Assembly (NCBI RefSeq): GCF_006345805.1
Contig: NC_042997.1
Coordinates: forward strand, 186,310,001-186,374,000
Origin: Octopus sinensis
Lineage: Eukaryota
Direction of reading: 5' to 3'
Length of the DNA: 64,000 bases
The position numbers and the translations under genes are program-made. The notes under the pieces were generated by a model. The model was given only the letters and a program-made list of their open reading frames with translations, did no database searches and was not told the origin of the DNA. Each line of letters begins with the position of its first letter. The stretch's first letter is position 1. Shown piece after piece: positions 11,018 through 24,379 of the stretch.

Positions 11018-11813
11018 AAAAGACAATCTAGAGTGAAAAATCTACAGAAGTCGTGTTATATGATTAATGAATATATTTAAATCGTTGTTAGGAAAATGTT
11101 ATAAAATGTTGTGTTAAGTAACAATGTTTTGGGAGAAAAACCCGGTCTCGTATTTTCTTTTCAAAGTTCTTTACTGATACTGTTATCTCTTTGCTATGAA
11201 GTGAAGTATGAGAGCTCCAAACAGGGGCAGGTAATCAGGTATTTTTTCGCTATAAGGGAGATAATCCAAAATGTTGGGAATGACTAGGTTTTATTAATTT
11301 AAAATGATTTGGTTTAGAAAGAATATAACACGTGTTCTGTAGTTAGTTTTTTTACTCTATTTTGTCTTTTATACATCCAACCACGTGCTTTCACATACCA
11401 ACTCTCTCACTTATCTATATATATATATATATATATATGTAAAAGAAAACAAAAAATGGAACAAGAACGTAACAGGCGACAACAAAACATCCTGCCAATT
11501 AGACAATACAAAAAAAGGACAGTTAAAAACAAGGATAGGTCATTCGGAGTTTTCTATCTTCAGTCGAGTTCCAGATTTTCTCAGTAGTTGCGGCCGGTTA
11601 CATTCGAGACTTCTCCAATCTGGCCGACCCCAAGAAAATCTAAGCTAAGAGCAGTAATTTCCTTGGAAGAAAACAATCGAATATATACGATGCGAAAATA
11701 AAGACGAAAAAAATGGATAAATGGTACACAAATACAAATACAAACAACAGTACATTAACAACAGGTGTCTTTCGACTAAGGACGAATTAAATTAAGCTTG
11801 CGTGTGTGGAATG

Positions 11814-11956
11814 CACTCTTCAAAACTTGTACTAACATTAAGTACAAGGTAAAATTACTACCTGCTTTTATAGCAAGTTGATGCAGTTAGTTTATCCTGT
11901 TCCCCTCCGACTTTCAGTTCATGCAATCAAAAATATCGCATTATTTATGGGATGAC

Positions 11957-11961
<5 letters not shown>
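11814..11961 (-). mobile_element. 5' end fragment of the mariner family seen at 306
   Basis: Reverse complement of ~306-450, including the TIR ttatgggatgacccaa followed by (TA)n. Confidence 0.8.
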
Positions 11962-12024
<63 letters not shown>

Positions 12025-12971
12025 AAATAGAAAAGAGTGAAAAACTACAGAAGGCTTGTTTTATAAGGTTAAAGAATATATTTAAGTCATTATGTTAGAA
12101 GAATGTTATAAAATTTTGCATATAGTAACATAGTTTTTGGAGAAATTACCGGTTTCGTGTTAACTTTTCAAATTTCTCAAATGTCTTTACCTACATCGTT
12201 TCATGTCTTCATTAAGCAGTGCAAAGAAGAGTTCCAATTGAATTTTTACATGTGGATTAACCTGTAAACGGAGGTTGAGTATTCTATAGATACACGTCCG
12301 TTTAACGCAATTGTCGCGTCACAATCCGGAGTGGAAAACAGAGTGTCGTTAACTGCAGATATTTTAATGTATCATCTTCGAAAAAACGAATGGTGAAGGG
12401 AACCTGAGCATGATTTGAACTAAGAGTACAAGCAGTTAAACGAGAACTATAATGCATTTTGTTTGACGCTCTGCCAATTCGCTGCCCTTGTGTACCTAAA
12501 TAACCTTTTTAATTTTGGCAGAGGGCCAGGAATTTTGACAAGAGATAGGCAAGTGAGTTACATCGATCTCACTTTTAGACTGGTGCTTTATTTTATAGAC
12601 CCCGAAAGGAAGAAAGGCAAAATCGACCTCGGTGGAATATGTACGTAGCACGTAAGGAGCTGGAAGAAATGTTGATAAGCATTTCATCCGGTGTGCCTAA
12701 ATATTGTGGTGTCCCATTATGGTGAGTTCAGGAAAATATTCTCCTCTTGAAACTTGCGAATTGGTGCGTTTTTTTTTTTTTTTTTTTTTTTTTTGTGGCG
12801 TAAAGGTAATGGAGAAAAGGTTAGATTTTTTGGTCCCTGTGGCATGTTATTATCAATTCTGCCGGGGTCGACTTTGCTTTTCATCCTTTTGGGGTCGATA
12901 AATTAAGAACCTGTGAAACACTAGGTTCGAACTAATTCCCTCCCAAAAATGGCTGCTCTTTTGACAAATTT

Positions 12972-13032
<61 letters not shown>

Positions 13033-13044
13033 AGCAAGGATTAA

Positions 13045-13250
13045 TCCGGAAATGTCGGTGGGCCTGCAGCTCGGCACCCGGAGAGGCAGATCCATGCCGA
13101 CCGACAACGTTGTAAGACGTTGGACGGTCGGGCTCGGAAAATTGCTCGGGATCTGGTTCAGTTCGGACCTCTAGCTGGAGAAGAGCTGGAGCGAGGTGAC
13201 GAGGCTGGTAACCAGTCTCACCCAGAAATGGGCTGAGAGAAAGCTATCTG
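13045..13250 (+). pseudogene. Tx1-family ORF2 fragment
   Basis: Translates like 'GLQLGTRRG..VVRRW..KLLGIWF..EKSWSEV..WAERKLS', homologous to ~7975-8165. Confidence 0.75.
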
Positions 13251-13760
13251 GAGTATTCGAGCGATTCCAAGTAGTGCTGTTTTCTGCAACTGCTCAATCC
13301 TTATTGCAGCCCCTATTTGTTCCACGTACTTCTCAAGATTTTTACTCACTGTTCCCAGGGCTCCGACAATTATTGGTACTACTACCACCTTTTTCATCGA
13401 CCACAACCTAACCTGTCATATCTCTCGACTTTTCTTTCTTCCTTATCGCATACTTTGTTGTCAGCTGGGCATGCTATATCTATGATGCAGTATCGTTTGC
13501 TTTCTTTTTCAATTAATACTATGTCTGGCTTCCTATTCTCTATCTCATGGTCGCACTGAATCATAGAATACCATAGGATCTTTGCATTATCATTTTCGAT
13601 GATGCCTTTGGGTTTATGTTCGTACCACTGTTTTGCTCTGTCAAGTCCATACTTGTTGCAAGGTGTCCAATGGACAATCCTTGCTATATTGTCATGACGT
13701 CTCTTATATTCTTTGTGGGCTAGTGGCGTACTTTGGCTGGTAATATGCCATACGGGGTCA
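13250..13760 (-). pseudogene. R4/Dong-type LINE 3' fragment (restriction-like endonuclease)
   Basis: Reverse strand encodes 'RHDNIARIVHW', 'RKPDIVLI', 'IIDIACP', 'VVPIIVGALG', 'LQKTALLG'. Confidence 0.8.
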
Positions 13761-14089
13761 CCTCGCCGTCTGATTTGGTATCACGCTGGGATTGAAGTAG
13801 CCTTTCATCTTTCCTAGATTAGATAAAAGACGTACTAGGCAAATGCCGAGACTGATCTAATAGACTGTTTTCTACCCTGTAATTTGCGTAGAGGGGTTAA
13901 ATTAGCAAAATCTTTACACTATCAGAAAAAAGAAAATACTCTGTGTTATTCAGTCACAGCTCTTTATATTCTTTATACAAATCCTACCCATTTCAACTTT
14001 GCTTTTCATCCTTACGCGTTCTAAAAAATAGACTGTCAGTTAAGTACTGAAGTCGATGGTATCGATTAACCTCTTCTGCCTTTTACCTA

Positions 14090-14945
14090 TATTGGTTTCA
14101 AATTTTGGCACGATGCCAGAAATGTCGGTGGAGTGACGCAGTCGATTACATCAACTCCGGTGTTCAACTGATACTTATTTCATCGATTCCGAAAGGATGG
14201 AAGGCAAAGTCCATCTCGGTAGCATATGAACTTCGAACGTAAAGACGGACGAAACGTTGCTAATCATTTTGCCCGGCGTGCTAATGATTCTGTCACATCG
14301 TATTTTGTTTTTACCTATATTAAAAACAATTATTGATTCCAAAGTTTGGCAGAAGACCAGTAATTTAGTGAATGGAGAATAAGTTGATTAAATCCAAATC
14401 CAAAGTCAACTTCGGTGAAATTTGTACTTAGAACGTAAAGACAGACGGAATACTGTAAAGGATTTTGCCCAGCATGTTAACGATTTTGCCAGCTCGCCCC
14501 CTTAATAATAATAATTCTTTCTACTATAGGCACAAGGCCTGAAATATGGGGTGAGGGGCAAGTAGATTACATCGACCCCAGTGCGTAACTGTTACTTATT
14601 TTATCTACCCCAGAAGGATGAAAGGCAAAGTCGATGTCGGTGGGATTTGAACTCAGAACGTAAAGACAGAGGAAATGCCGCTAAATATTTTGCCTGGCGG
14701 ACTAACGATTCTTATTACTTTATTGCCCACAAGGGGCTAAACATAGAGGGGACAAACAAGGACAGACAGACGGATTAAGTCGATTACATCGATTCCTGTA
14801 CGTAACCGGTACTTAATTTATCGACCCCGAAAGGATGAAAGGCAAAGTCGACCTCGGCGGAATTTGAACTCAGAACGTAACGGCAGACGAAATACGGCTA
14901 TACATTTCGCCCGGCGTGCTAACGTTTCTGCCAGCTCACCGCCTT
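14090..14945 (-). mobile_element. Cluster of SINE family A (MetaSINE-like central domain), tandem or nested copies
   Basis: Repeated cgaccccgaaaggatgaaaggcaaagtcgacctcggcggaatttgaactcagaacg. tRNA-like head ggtgagctggcagaaacgttagcacg on the minus strand. Confidence 0.85.
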
Positions 14946-15077
14946 GCCTTTTGCCTAAATTAGAAACAATTATGAGAAAGAGGAAGATGGCGCCGAGCTG
15001 CTAGAATCGTTAAAGTATTCTCAGTTCAAATCCCACCGAGAAATTATATTTTCTTTGCTATTTTTTGTTATTCTTTG

Positions 15078-15240
15078 CAGGCGTAAGAGTGGCTGTGTGG
15101 TAAGTAGCTAGGTTCCGGGTTCAGTCCCGCTGCGTGGCACCTTGAGCAAGTCTCCTATTAGGCCTCGGGCCGACCAAAGCCTTGTGAGTGGATTGGTAGA
15201 CGGAAACTGAAAGAAGCCCGTTGTATATATGTGTATATAT

Positions 15241-15317
<77 letters not shown>

Positions 15318-15580
15318 GATAGATAGATATATAGATATATATTTGTATGTGTGTGTGTGTATAATCTTGTGTGTCTGTGTTTGTCCCCCTCCCAACATCA
15401 CTTGACAACCGATGCTGGCGTGTTCACGTCCCCGTAACTTAGCGGTTCGACAAAAGAGACCGATAGAATAAGTACCAGGCTTACAAAGAATAAGTCCTGG
15501 GGTCGATTTGCTCGACTAAAGGCGGTGCTCCAGCATGGCCACAGTCAAATGACTGAAACAAGTAAAAGATTAAAAGAGTA
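15078..15580 (+). mobile_element. SINE family B (CORE-type tRNA SINE with internal (TA)n/(TG)n; resembles octopus OR-type SINEs)
   Basis: Head gagtggctgtgtggtaag, CORE-like ggcaccttgagcaagt, tail gactgaaacaagtaaaagag. About 12 full or partial copies in the window. Confidence 0.85.
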
Positions 15581-16291
15581 TATATACTTCCGTTGTTGAT
15601 AAAAATTAATCTCAGTCAAGTACTGGTGTTGACTTAATACACTAGCTGTCTCCCACTAAAACTGCTGGTCGCGTGTCTATGACAAAAACGTTATTGTAAT
15701 TCGTTCTTCATCTCTCTCAAATTCTATTGCCTAGCAGAAGCACGGATTTAAATAGTTTTAAAATATTAGAGAACTATACTGAAGAATTATGTAATTGAAA
15801 TTTTGAGCAAGATTTTACAAAGCCATCGGTACACTATTTCTAAACAGACTACTTATAATAATCAAGTAATCCGTCCACAGCATTATATTTCAGCTTAAGT
15901 CCCCCTTGTCATTATTCATATGAATTATAATGTACCTAGAGACTGAGTCAAAACTTCACTTCTACGCTTAGATAACAAAGAAGCCATTTGTTACTGTGAA
16001 ATCTCATCAATAGCTGTGACGCAAATGAGATTTCAATGTGATTTTGTCTTTTGATCTGAGGGTTCGAATGACCACAACGACACACGACACGGTGGTTGAC
16101 CGCCTTTTAAGGGAGTTTTGGCCTTCCGAAAGCGCACAATCGCAAAGGAGATGTACAAACGAATTATCTGCATCCTAAATGTTGAGGCACAGTTTTTAAA
16201 TGAGTCTATAGATGTGTTATAATTCATAGGAACTCTGACAGAGGTGTTTAACGCTGACATAAATTTTATATATTTATGATAAATAGTCCAA

Positions 16292-16726
16292 GCGCAGGGG
16301 TGGCAATATGGTAATAAGCTTGCTTCCCAAACCAAGGAGTTCTGAGTTCAATCCCACTGCGTGGCACCTTGAGTAAGTGTCTCCTGCTAGAGCCTCCGGC
16401 TGATCAAAGCTTTGTGGGTGGATTTAGTCGATGGATATAGAAAGAAGCCCGTTGTATATGTGGCGTATGAGTGAATGTCTGCGTGTGTGCGTGAGTGTGT
16501 GTATGTATATGTGTATTTTTGTGTCTCTGTTTGCTCCTTACCTACCGCTTGACAACTGGTGTTGGTGTGTTTACGTCCCCGTGGCGTAGCGGTTCAGCAA
16601 AAGAGACCGATAGAATAAGTAACAGGCTTTAAAGGAAATAAGTAGTGGGGTCGATTCATTCAACCAATAATTCTTCAAGTCATGGCCGCAATCTAACGAC
16701 TGTAACAAGAGACAAAAGATAAAAGA
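16292..16726 (+). mobile_element. SINE family B (diverged)
   Basis: Same head, CORE-like segment and tail as 15078. Confidence 0.8.
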
Positions 16727-17544
16727 ATCCATTTTAATTTTTTATTGAAGACACTGGATACTGCACATGTTTGTGTACCGCATTGGGTAATTTTCAACCA
16801 ACCTGATCAATGTATCCTAGGACTTCACTATGCACCTTCGAACCGAAGGCAAACTCTTCCAGATTAGCAGATCCCGAACCCAAGTCAAGACAACTTCGAC
16901 TTCATCGGCAGCACAAGGGAAACTGAAGTTCGCTGATTGACAGGTGACGGTCTCGTTTAGAGAATGCATGGGCTAAGACTACGCGCCCTCTATTGGTCAG
17001 TAAAAGTTGAGACAGTGTCACGTGACAACTTGCTGAGGCTGCCTGCTGGAGTCTAGCAGCAGGTATTTAAAGGGAAATTTAACAAGACAGTCAGTCGCCT
17101 GCTGACACTCGTTGACGCTACATCGAAGAGGCCAGGGAACAGAAGAATGAAGGAGAAAGAAGACATGCACTCAACACTAGAGCTGAAGACACCTCCGAAA
17201 GTAAGGGGGGGGGGCACGTCAAAACGGTAGAGGAGTAGGGGCCGAAACCGGACGTGGTTCCTCCTGATGATGTCTTGAGCTAACTGGATCCTATAAAGGA
17301 GCTGTTGTGGTAGCAGACCACGAAACATGGTTGAAATTCCTCCTATCAAGGAATGCGCGGCGCCTGCAAAGGTCAGACTCGATATGCTCGCATACCTTTG
17401 GAAGGACTCTCAAAAATTGTTTGCTTCGACGATGGGGTCAGCAGTAGAAATATTAAGGCTTGTTTTACCTTCGGTAAATATTGCAAGATAATATGGGAGA
17501 AGTCTCATCATCATCATCATTATCATTATTATTATTATTATTAT

Positions 17545-17990
17545 TTAGGCAGCGAGCAGGTAGAGTCGTTAGCACTCCCAATAAAATGCTTAGCGACATT
17601 TTGTTCGTCTCTACGTTCTGAGTTCAAATTCCACTGAGGTCACCTTCGCCTTTCATACCTTCGAGTTCGATGAAGTAAGTTCAAGTCAAACGCAGAGGTC
17701 GATCTAACCGACCAATACCGTCCTCCATAATTTCAGGTCTTGTGCCTATACAAGAAAGAATACTTACAGAAGCGGCAAGCTGACATAATTCTTAGAGCAC
17801 CGGTCAAAATGCTTGGCGGATTTTCGTCCCTCTTTACGTTCTGAGTTCAAACCCCACCGAAGTTAACTTTGCCTGTCACCTTTTCGGGGCCATTATAATA
17901 CAGTGACACTGAAATATTTGGAGCGATAATATTTGGACTAACTCCAACAAACTCCCACCCACAATTGCCGGCTTAGTACCAAATTTAAAA
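17545..17990 (+). mobile_element. Two diverged SINE family A copies
   Basis: cgttctgagttcaaa...gcct motifs at ~17615 and ~17837. Confidence 0.75.
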
Positions 17991-18560
17991 AGAATTGTTA
18001 TTTTTCATATCACTTTACGTTACGCACAAACTACAAGCCAACAAATCTACCACGAAATTTATACCAGCATGTAGACCTTACCTTAACACCAGGTGACTGT
18101 CTGCACTTGTGTCTTCATCCCTACTCACTCGCTCCCGCTCTTTCTCTTTCACTCTCTCTCTGTCTCCCTCTCTCAATCTCTCGTCCTCATCCTCTCTTTC
18201 TCCCTCTTCCCATTTAGTAACATAGTAATAGATATATATCCACATATTGCTATGTATAAATACGCTTGTGTAAAGAGATTCACACACACACAGACACACA
18301 CACATGTATGTATGTATGTATGTATGTATGTATGTATGTATGCATGTATGTATGTATGTATGTATGTATGTATGTATGTATGCATGCATGTATGTATGTA
18401 TATATGTGTGTCTGTGTATATCTGTATATATATTTATACATACAGACATATATATATATATATATATATAATGCATCCGAGTATACATACATACGTACAT
18501 GCCTGCATACATAAATGTACATGCATACATACATACACATATACATGCATACATTTAGTT

Positions 18561-18598
<38 letters not shown>

Positions 18599-18845
18599 AA
18601 TATAGGTGTCTCTATCAGGTTCCCTTTCAGTGTCGCTATATTTGTCTCCTTATATAAACACAAACACCTGGTGCGCAGCGACCGGTGAGACCCATCAACC
18701 CCCTGGCTATACTAACAGTTATCTCGTTGAATAATAGAGTAGTGCGTTGAACCCTATGAGTAACAATTCCACTAGATATCAGATATGAGTATCAGATTTT
18801 ATTGTTACTTAGCATGCGTTCCAATTTCATTAAATCTGTTAAGTA

Positions 18846-19492
18846 TCAGGTCATCACATAAGTTCTGTCTGATTTTACCTTTCTTAAAATTGAATGAAAT
18901 TCGATAGTATTTTAAAATGTCTAATGGAATTCAAATTTATTTTTATGCATTTGTGTACATTAAATTAATCAAATGTTATTTTACAGAATAATAGAGTTAA
19001 AATTTCTTTGATTAAAACCCTTCCTAACATGGAGGTATCGAAAGAGCATCTGAGGCACATAATCCTTTGTGAGTACAAAAAAGGAAACTCTGCAGTCGAA
19101 GCGACTCGAAACATACACTCAGTTTATGGGAAAGAATGCTTGAATGAAAGAACTTGCAGAAAATGGTTTGCAAAATTCAGAAGTGGAGATTTCAACCTTG
19201 GAGATGAAGATCGAACAAGACTTCCAGTTGAGTTTGATGGCAAGCTCCTTGAGGCATTACTTGAAGAAAATCCTGCATTATCAGTTGAAGAATCGGCAAT
19301 AAAGCTTAGTTCAAACCATACAACTGTTTATCATCTTCAACAACTTGGAAAGCTTCCTAAACTTGGAAAATGGATGCCTCATGAATTGTCCGAAAGCAAC
19401 CGCAAATCCCGAGTTGACATCTGCTCTTCTCTCCATTCTCGCGAACTCATTTGCCCTTTTTGCTTAGACTTGTGACTGGTGACAAAACATGG
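18846..19492 (+). mobile_element. 3'-truncated mariner (second family)
   Basis: TA followed by TIR tcaggtcatcacataagttctg. ORF 19008-19475 has the HTH and 'WMPHEL'. Cut after 'VTGD'. Confidence 0.88.
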
Positions 19493-19499
19493 ACTAATT

Positions 19500-19944
19500 A
19501 CTTGGTGGAATTTGAACTCAGAAGGTAAAGATAGTCAAAATACCTATTTCTTTATTACCCACAAGAGGCTAAACATAGAGGGGACAACAAGGACAGACAA
19601 ACGGATTAAGTCGATTATATCGACCCCAGTGCGTAACTGATACTTATTTAATCGACCTCGAAAGGATGAAAGGCAAAGTCGACCTCGGCGGAATTTGAAC
19701 TCAGAACGTAGCGGCAGACGAAATACCTATTTCTTTACTACCCACAAGGGGCTACACACAGAGGGACAAATGGATTAAGTTGATTACATTGACCCCAGTC
19801 CGTAACTGGTACTTAATTTATCGACCCCGAAAGGATGAAAGGCAAAGTCGACCTCGGCGGAATTTGAACTCAGAACGTAGCGGCAGACGAAATACCGATA
19901 AGCATTTCACCCGGTGTGCTAACGATTTTGCCAGCTCACCGCTA

Positions 19945-19945
<1 letters not shown>
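19500..19945 (-). mobile_element. SINE family A with tandemly repeated ~175-bp body
   Basis: Body repeated about 2.5 times after a single head at ~19940. Confidence 0.85.
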
Positions 19946-19979
<34 letters not shown>

Positions 19980-20803
19980 TCAGAGAGCTATCGTAGGCAT
20001 TTGTAAGCACTGAATAAAGAGTAAAGTTAGACTTTTTTTAAAATAAATAATAAACTTGAAAGCTGGTGTGAGGCAAGCTGAGTTTAAATTCCTGTAACGT
20101 TTATATTGTTTTTGTGATATTATATAATTCATATTCTATTTATGGTGCATATTTACAATTGCAGCAAACCATATGGTGCCATGAAAAAAATTTTCTGATC
20201 TTGTTTCAATACTGCATATATCAAATATACCTCTGCCGCTGCGACTTGCGTTGCTGCAACCAGTTCTCAGGAAGATTAATAGTGCGACTTAATAGTGTTG
20301 AGATTTGCTGCAGTTATTAATATAACATACACAGTACTGCGATAGTTGACTGAAAAGATTGAAAGGTCTCACTCCGCTATGTCGCCTTTAGATTCAGCTG
20401 TTAAAGGAAAAGAAAACAATAAAAAAATTTTACCCTCTGCATAGACTAACAGCACATATAAGAAAAAGGATTGGGGCGTTGGTAGTGTAAGCAATAGGAT
20501 CACACGCAGTCGTATTGTGTAGGGAATACAATCGCACGCGGTCCCATTCTTAACGAGTTGAATTTGTAGCCATCTTATGCACAAGCTAAATCTTCGTAGA
20601 TAGTTTTGCTTGGTGGTCGCCTGCCTTTCGAACTGGAACATGGTTGAGTATGCTCTGTGTGGTCGGAGGTTTAGTCCTCACAAGGCCTAGAACCAAAGAC
20701 GAAAGGTGTCTGAGAACACTCCTTTATATAAGGTTTAGGTGGCTCAAACGAACTTCAGAAATGGAATTTTAACCAAAGGTCGTGATTGGCTGTTTTGGAA
20801 CAA

Positions 20804-20980
20804 TGGCGCGAAATATGTAGAGACAAACCGCGTCACATGTCAACCAGTGGCGCGAACTATGTAGAGACCACTCGTGTCACATGTCAACAAGTGGCGCGAA
20901 CTATGTAGAGACCACTCGTGTCACATGTCAACCAGTGGCGCGAAAATAAGTGGAGACAAATCGCGTCACGTGTCAACCAA
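20804..20980. repeat. 44-bp minisatellite, 4 copies
   Basis: tggcgcgaa..atgtagagac..cg.gtcacatgtcaaccag starting at 20804, 20848, 20892 and 20936. Confidence 0.92.
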
Positions 20981-21309
20981 TCAGGTTAGTGTTTACAACA
21001 ACGTTAAACTAGCCAAAGATGTTTGTAATCTCAAACGAGATCATTCTTGATACTTTTCTCAAACAGTGAAGATAGCAATGAAGAAAACAATATTGCTACA
21101 GAGTAGAATCATTAGAGCGTTCGACAAAATGCTTTGCAGTTTTTCATTTTTCTCTCTGCCCGTTATATTCATGACTAAATGCCACCTCGGCGAACCTAAG
21201 TTTTTTTTTTTTTTAACAGTCATCCTTAGCACATATTTTTAGCGACAGTAAGATCTTCGCGTCTCTTGCTCGATCCTAGGGTTGGTATGATCGACTTTCT
21301 CTAACAATA

Positions 21310-21718
21310 GGTACAGGAGTGGCTGTGTGGTAAGTAGCTTGCTTACCAACCACATGGTTCTGGGTTCAGTCCCACAGTGTAGCACCTTGCGCAAGTGTCT
21401 TCTACTATAGCCTCAGGCCGACCAAAGCCTTGTGAGTGATTTGGTAGACAGAAACTGAAAGAAGCCCGTCGTATATATGTATATATATGTACGTGTGTGT
21501 ATGTTTGTGTATCTGTGTTTGTCCCCCTTCCCCACATCACCTGACAACCGATGCTGGTGTGTTTATGTCCCCGTAACTTAGCGGTTCGGCAAAAGAGACC
21601 GATAGAATAAGTACTAGGCTTACAAAGAATAAGTCCTGGTGTCGATTTGCTCGACTAAAGGCGGTGCTCCAGCATGGCCGCAGTCAAATGACTGAAACAA
21701 GTAAAAGAGTAAAAGAGT
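21310..21718 (+). mobile_element. SINE family B
   Basis: Full head-to-tail match to the family. Confidence 0.88.
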
Positions 21719-21962
21719 AATTTTTGGAAAGGCTTGGGCCTTGAGATATGGTGGTTCTTCCTGGTGGCTTTGCACGTGAACAATAACGGTGACGCCTTTA
21801 AACTAATTACCGTGTATGCTCCGACTGGGGCGAGGCGGCTAGATTCTTTCACGCATCCAGAGTGCCACCAGATGCTTACAGCCCTCAGCTAGTTGGCCGG
21901 TACAGTTGCTGGATTTCCTTCCATAGCGTTTTATAGAGAATTAGTGATGAATAAGAGCGACT
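21719..21962 (+). pseudogene. Internally deleted Tx1-family fragment
   Basis: 'AFKLITVYAPTG' (APE) joined to 'ECHQML..AFYRELV', homologous to the late ORF2 region. Confidence 0.6.
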
Positions 21963-23603
21963 TCTAGTATATTTGTTTAATATTTACGAGGGGAGCTGAA
22001 GAGACGTACACATATATGATATGTACTTACTTTTGATAACTTGGCTTCGAGTTTTAGCATTGCTTGCACTGGATTGACAGCCGGCAATGATTCCTGAACC
22101 ATTAGCAGAAAGAGCTTACTGAAATATGTAATACTTAAGTACTTGAATCGGTTTAATTGATTATTCTTTCATCAGAATCAGTACATTTGTGGTAATATTT
22201 AGATATTATTGCATTTTATTGTGCTATCTAATCTACCTCTACTCTGCTGGCTATTGTAACAAGGTGTATGACACTAGGAAAGGTGAAACCAAGAGAATTC
22301 GGGAGTCGGTGAATTAAATAATAACAAAAAACAAAAATTTAGTTCAGATGGAGTTGAAATCTCGCTATCATTTTTGATAATCGAAAATATAAAAGATTTA
22401 AGATTTATCAAAAAAAAAAAGGAAAAGAAAAAGAATATAATAAATATAATAAATTCACGTTTTACAAAATCGATCTATTCTGAAAGAAATTATATAAAAA
22501 AAATATGCATGAACTTTTAGAAGTTCAACATCAGATTTAACTGGTTTATTTGTTGTACGAATTTTAACAAAATAATCCTTGTCACTCAAGTCACTTGTGA
22601 GCAGTTATTATCTTGTCGAAAATTATCGAAATAAATATTAATGAGAACATAGATTTTTTGACCTACTAAGTAAAAGAAAAGAGCCATTCATTATTTCAGC
22701 ACAAACATGAAAATGGTTGACTGGCTGACAAAATTCCTAGACAGACATAAATCTTCAACGATTCATTTATTCATTTATTTCTATTATTATTATTATTTTT
22801 TTGCTATTTCTTTTTCATTTTATAAATAAATATCACCTGACAACTTACTTGCCCCAAACCTCAAATGAACATTTTCTGTAATAACAGAAAAGTATCACAC
22901 TAAAACTATCGATTAATTTCTCTTTTGCTGTCTCTGTCTCTCACATTTTTTTTTATCTCATTCACTCAGCTAACTTCTTTATAAAGTAATTCTAATCAAT
23001 GTAAGTTTCTTAACTTTTTTCTATGATGTGATGGCTGTATATGTGTATACGAGTGGGGTTTTTTGTACTGCCTCAGGTTTTCCACTTAAGACAATTGGAA
23101 AAAGATATTTTCACTCATACACTATTCATTAATATAGCGCCATAACACTCTCTTCGATGTTTTGAAATTGCCAGACTGTTAATCTATTCATTAACTGCAA
23201 TAATCCACCTACATCAATGGCGATTCAAAAATAGAGGACTTTGTAGTTATTTTCGAAAGCAAAAACTTTGTTTTTAATCTCTTGATATCCTCCTAGAATC
23301 GCTGTTGTTCTTGTTATTCTATTAGTCAAGAGCAGTGAAACAACTCTACTAATTTCTATCAAACTCTCGTAGATCGATGCAAGGATAATCGTAGAAGGAA
23401 TTTCAGAGGTCTGCACTTTTCGGGAGAAATGATAGAAAAGAGTAGTTGTGCACTGTCAAATTAATGTGACAGTCCCATGGAGGGAATCATATTACAGCTA
23501 TTTAGTCCTAGGACGCAGCAACGCTTCCTGTCGGCCTTGACACATTTCCTGTCTCCTTATGCTTACAAGGGGGAGATAAGCAACTCCACCCAGCTAAGCC
23601 TGC

Positions 23604-23649
23604 ACTCAGATACTAGTTTCTGAGTCTTTGCTCGTCATCAGTCTGGAGT
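23604..23649 (-). ncRNA. Minimal type I hammerhead motif (canonical CUGAUGA core)
   Basis: Reverse strand reads actccaga-ctgatga-cgag-caaaga-ctca-gaaa-ctag-ta-tctgagt. Palindromic ctag in helix III. Helix I extends through flanking ctcca/tggag. Confidence 0.7.
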
Positions 23650-23858
23650 AGCATGGCCTGCTAGTTGGAGATGCCTATCTAGCTCTTGTAAACATAAGAA
23701 TTCTAGTGAAACCAGCTCAGTGCGGAGGTAGATTCATCTCTCACACTCTCTGTCGCTCTCTCTATCTCTCTCTCTCTCTTTCTGTCTCTCTCTCTGTCTC
23801 TCTGTCTCTCTTTGTCTCTCTCTGTCTCTCCCCTCTCTCCCCCCTCTCTCCCTCTCTC

Positions 23859-23902
<44 letters not shown>

Positions 23903-24379
23903 TGTACCTTAATTTGAAAGTCCAGACATGTCCCACTTCTTTTATCCTGCTACCTCAGTGAAGTTATGAGACTGCATGTCGTTCCTGAACAGGCAAGTCA
24001 CTTGTGGCTATCCCGTTATTCTTTTTACAGATAGTGAGCCAAGGCTATATTTCAAAAATCTTTAACAGGGCTGAGTGTGATTTGAAGTCATTTTGCTGCT
24101 ATTTTTAGCATGTTCCGTGACTTTCCCAAAGCTCCTCGTTTTCATGTTATAGAAGTAGTCGGTTTTGTCTGAGAAACCAATGGCAGGTTATAGTGGGTGC
24201 ACTGAATTTACAATCATTTAGTTTTATCTTTGATAATATCACGGTGAAATTTATTTAAGTTATTGCCTGTGGGATTAACATAGTCTAATGCCTGCATTTC
24301 CGTGAAGTTTAACATTTGAATGGAGTTAGATTTCAGTAAATTTGTATTTTTCACCTTTATTTAATATATTTCATTCTAT

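Noticed and set aside
9879-11036. ORFs rich in Asn/Ser/Thr or Tyr-Ile/Val-Cys
   Set aside because: They are translations of tri- and dinucleotide microsatellites. The same applies to most short ORFs in the track.
17090-17300. ctgaaga and ctgatga motifs in a GC-richer LTR/DIRS-like segment
   Set aside because: I could not assemble a complete hammerhead or define element boundaries.
22940-23010. Possible micro-exon (pyrimidine tract-cag ... gtaagt)
   Set aside because: The 31-nt interval has stop codons in all three frames, and there is no other evidence.
23225-23416. 63-aa ORF as a host exon or hAT transposase remnant
   Set aside because: No motif I can identify with confidence.
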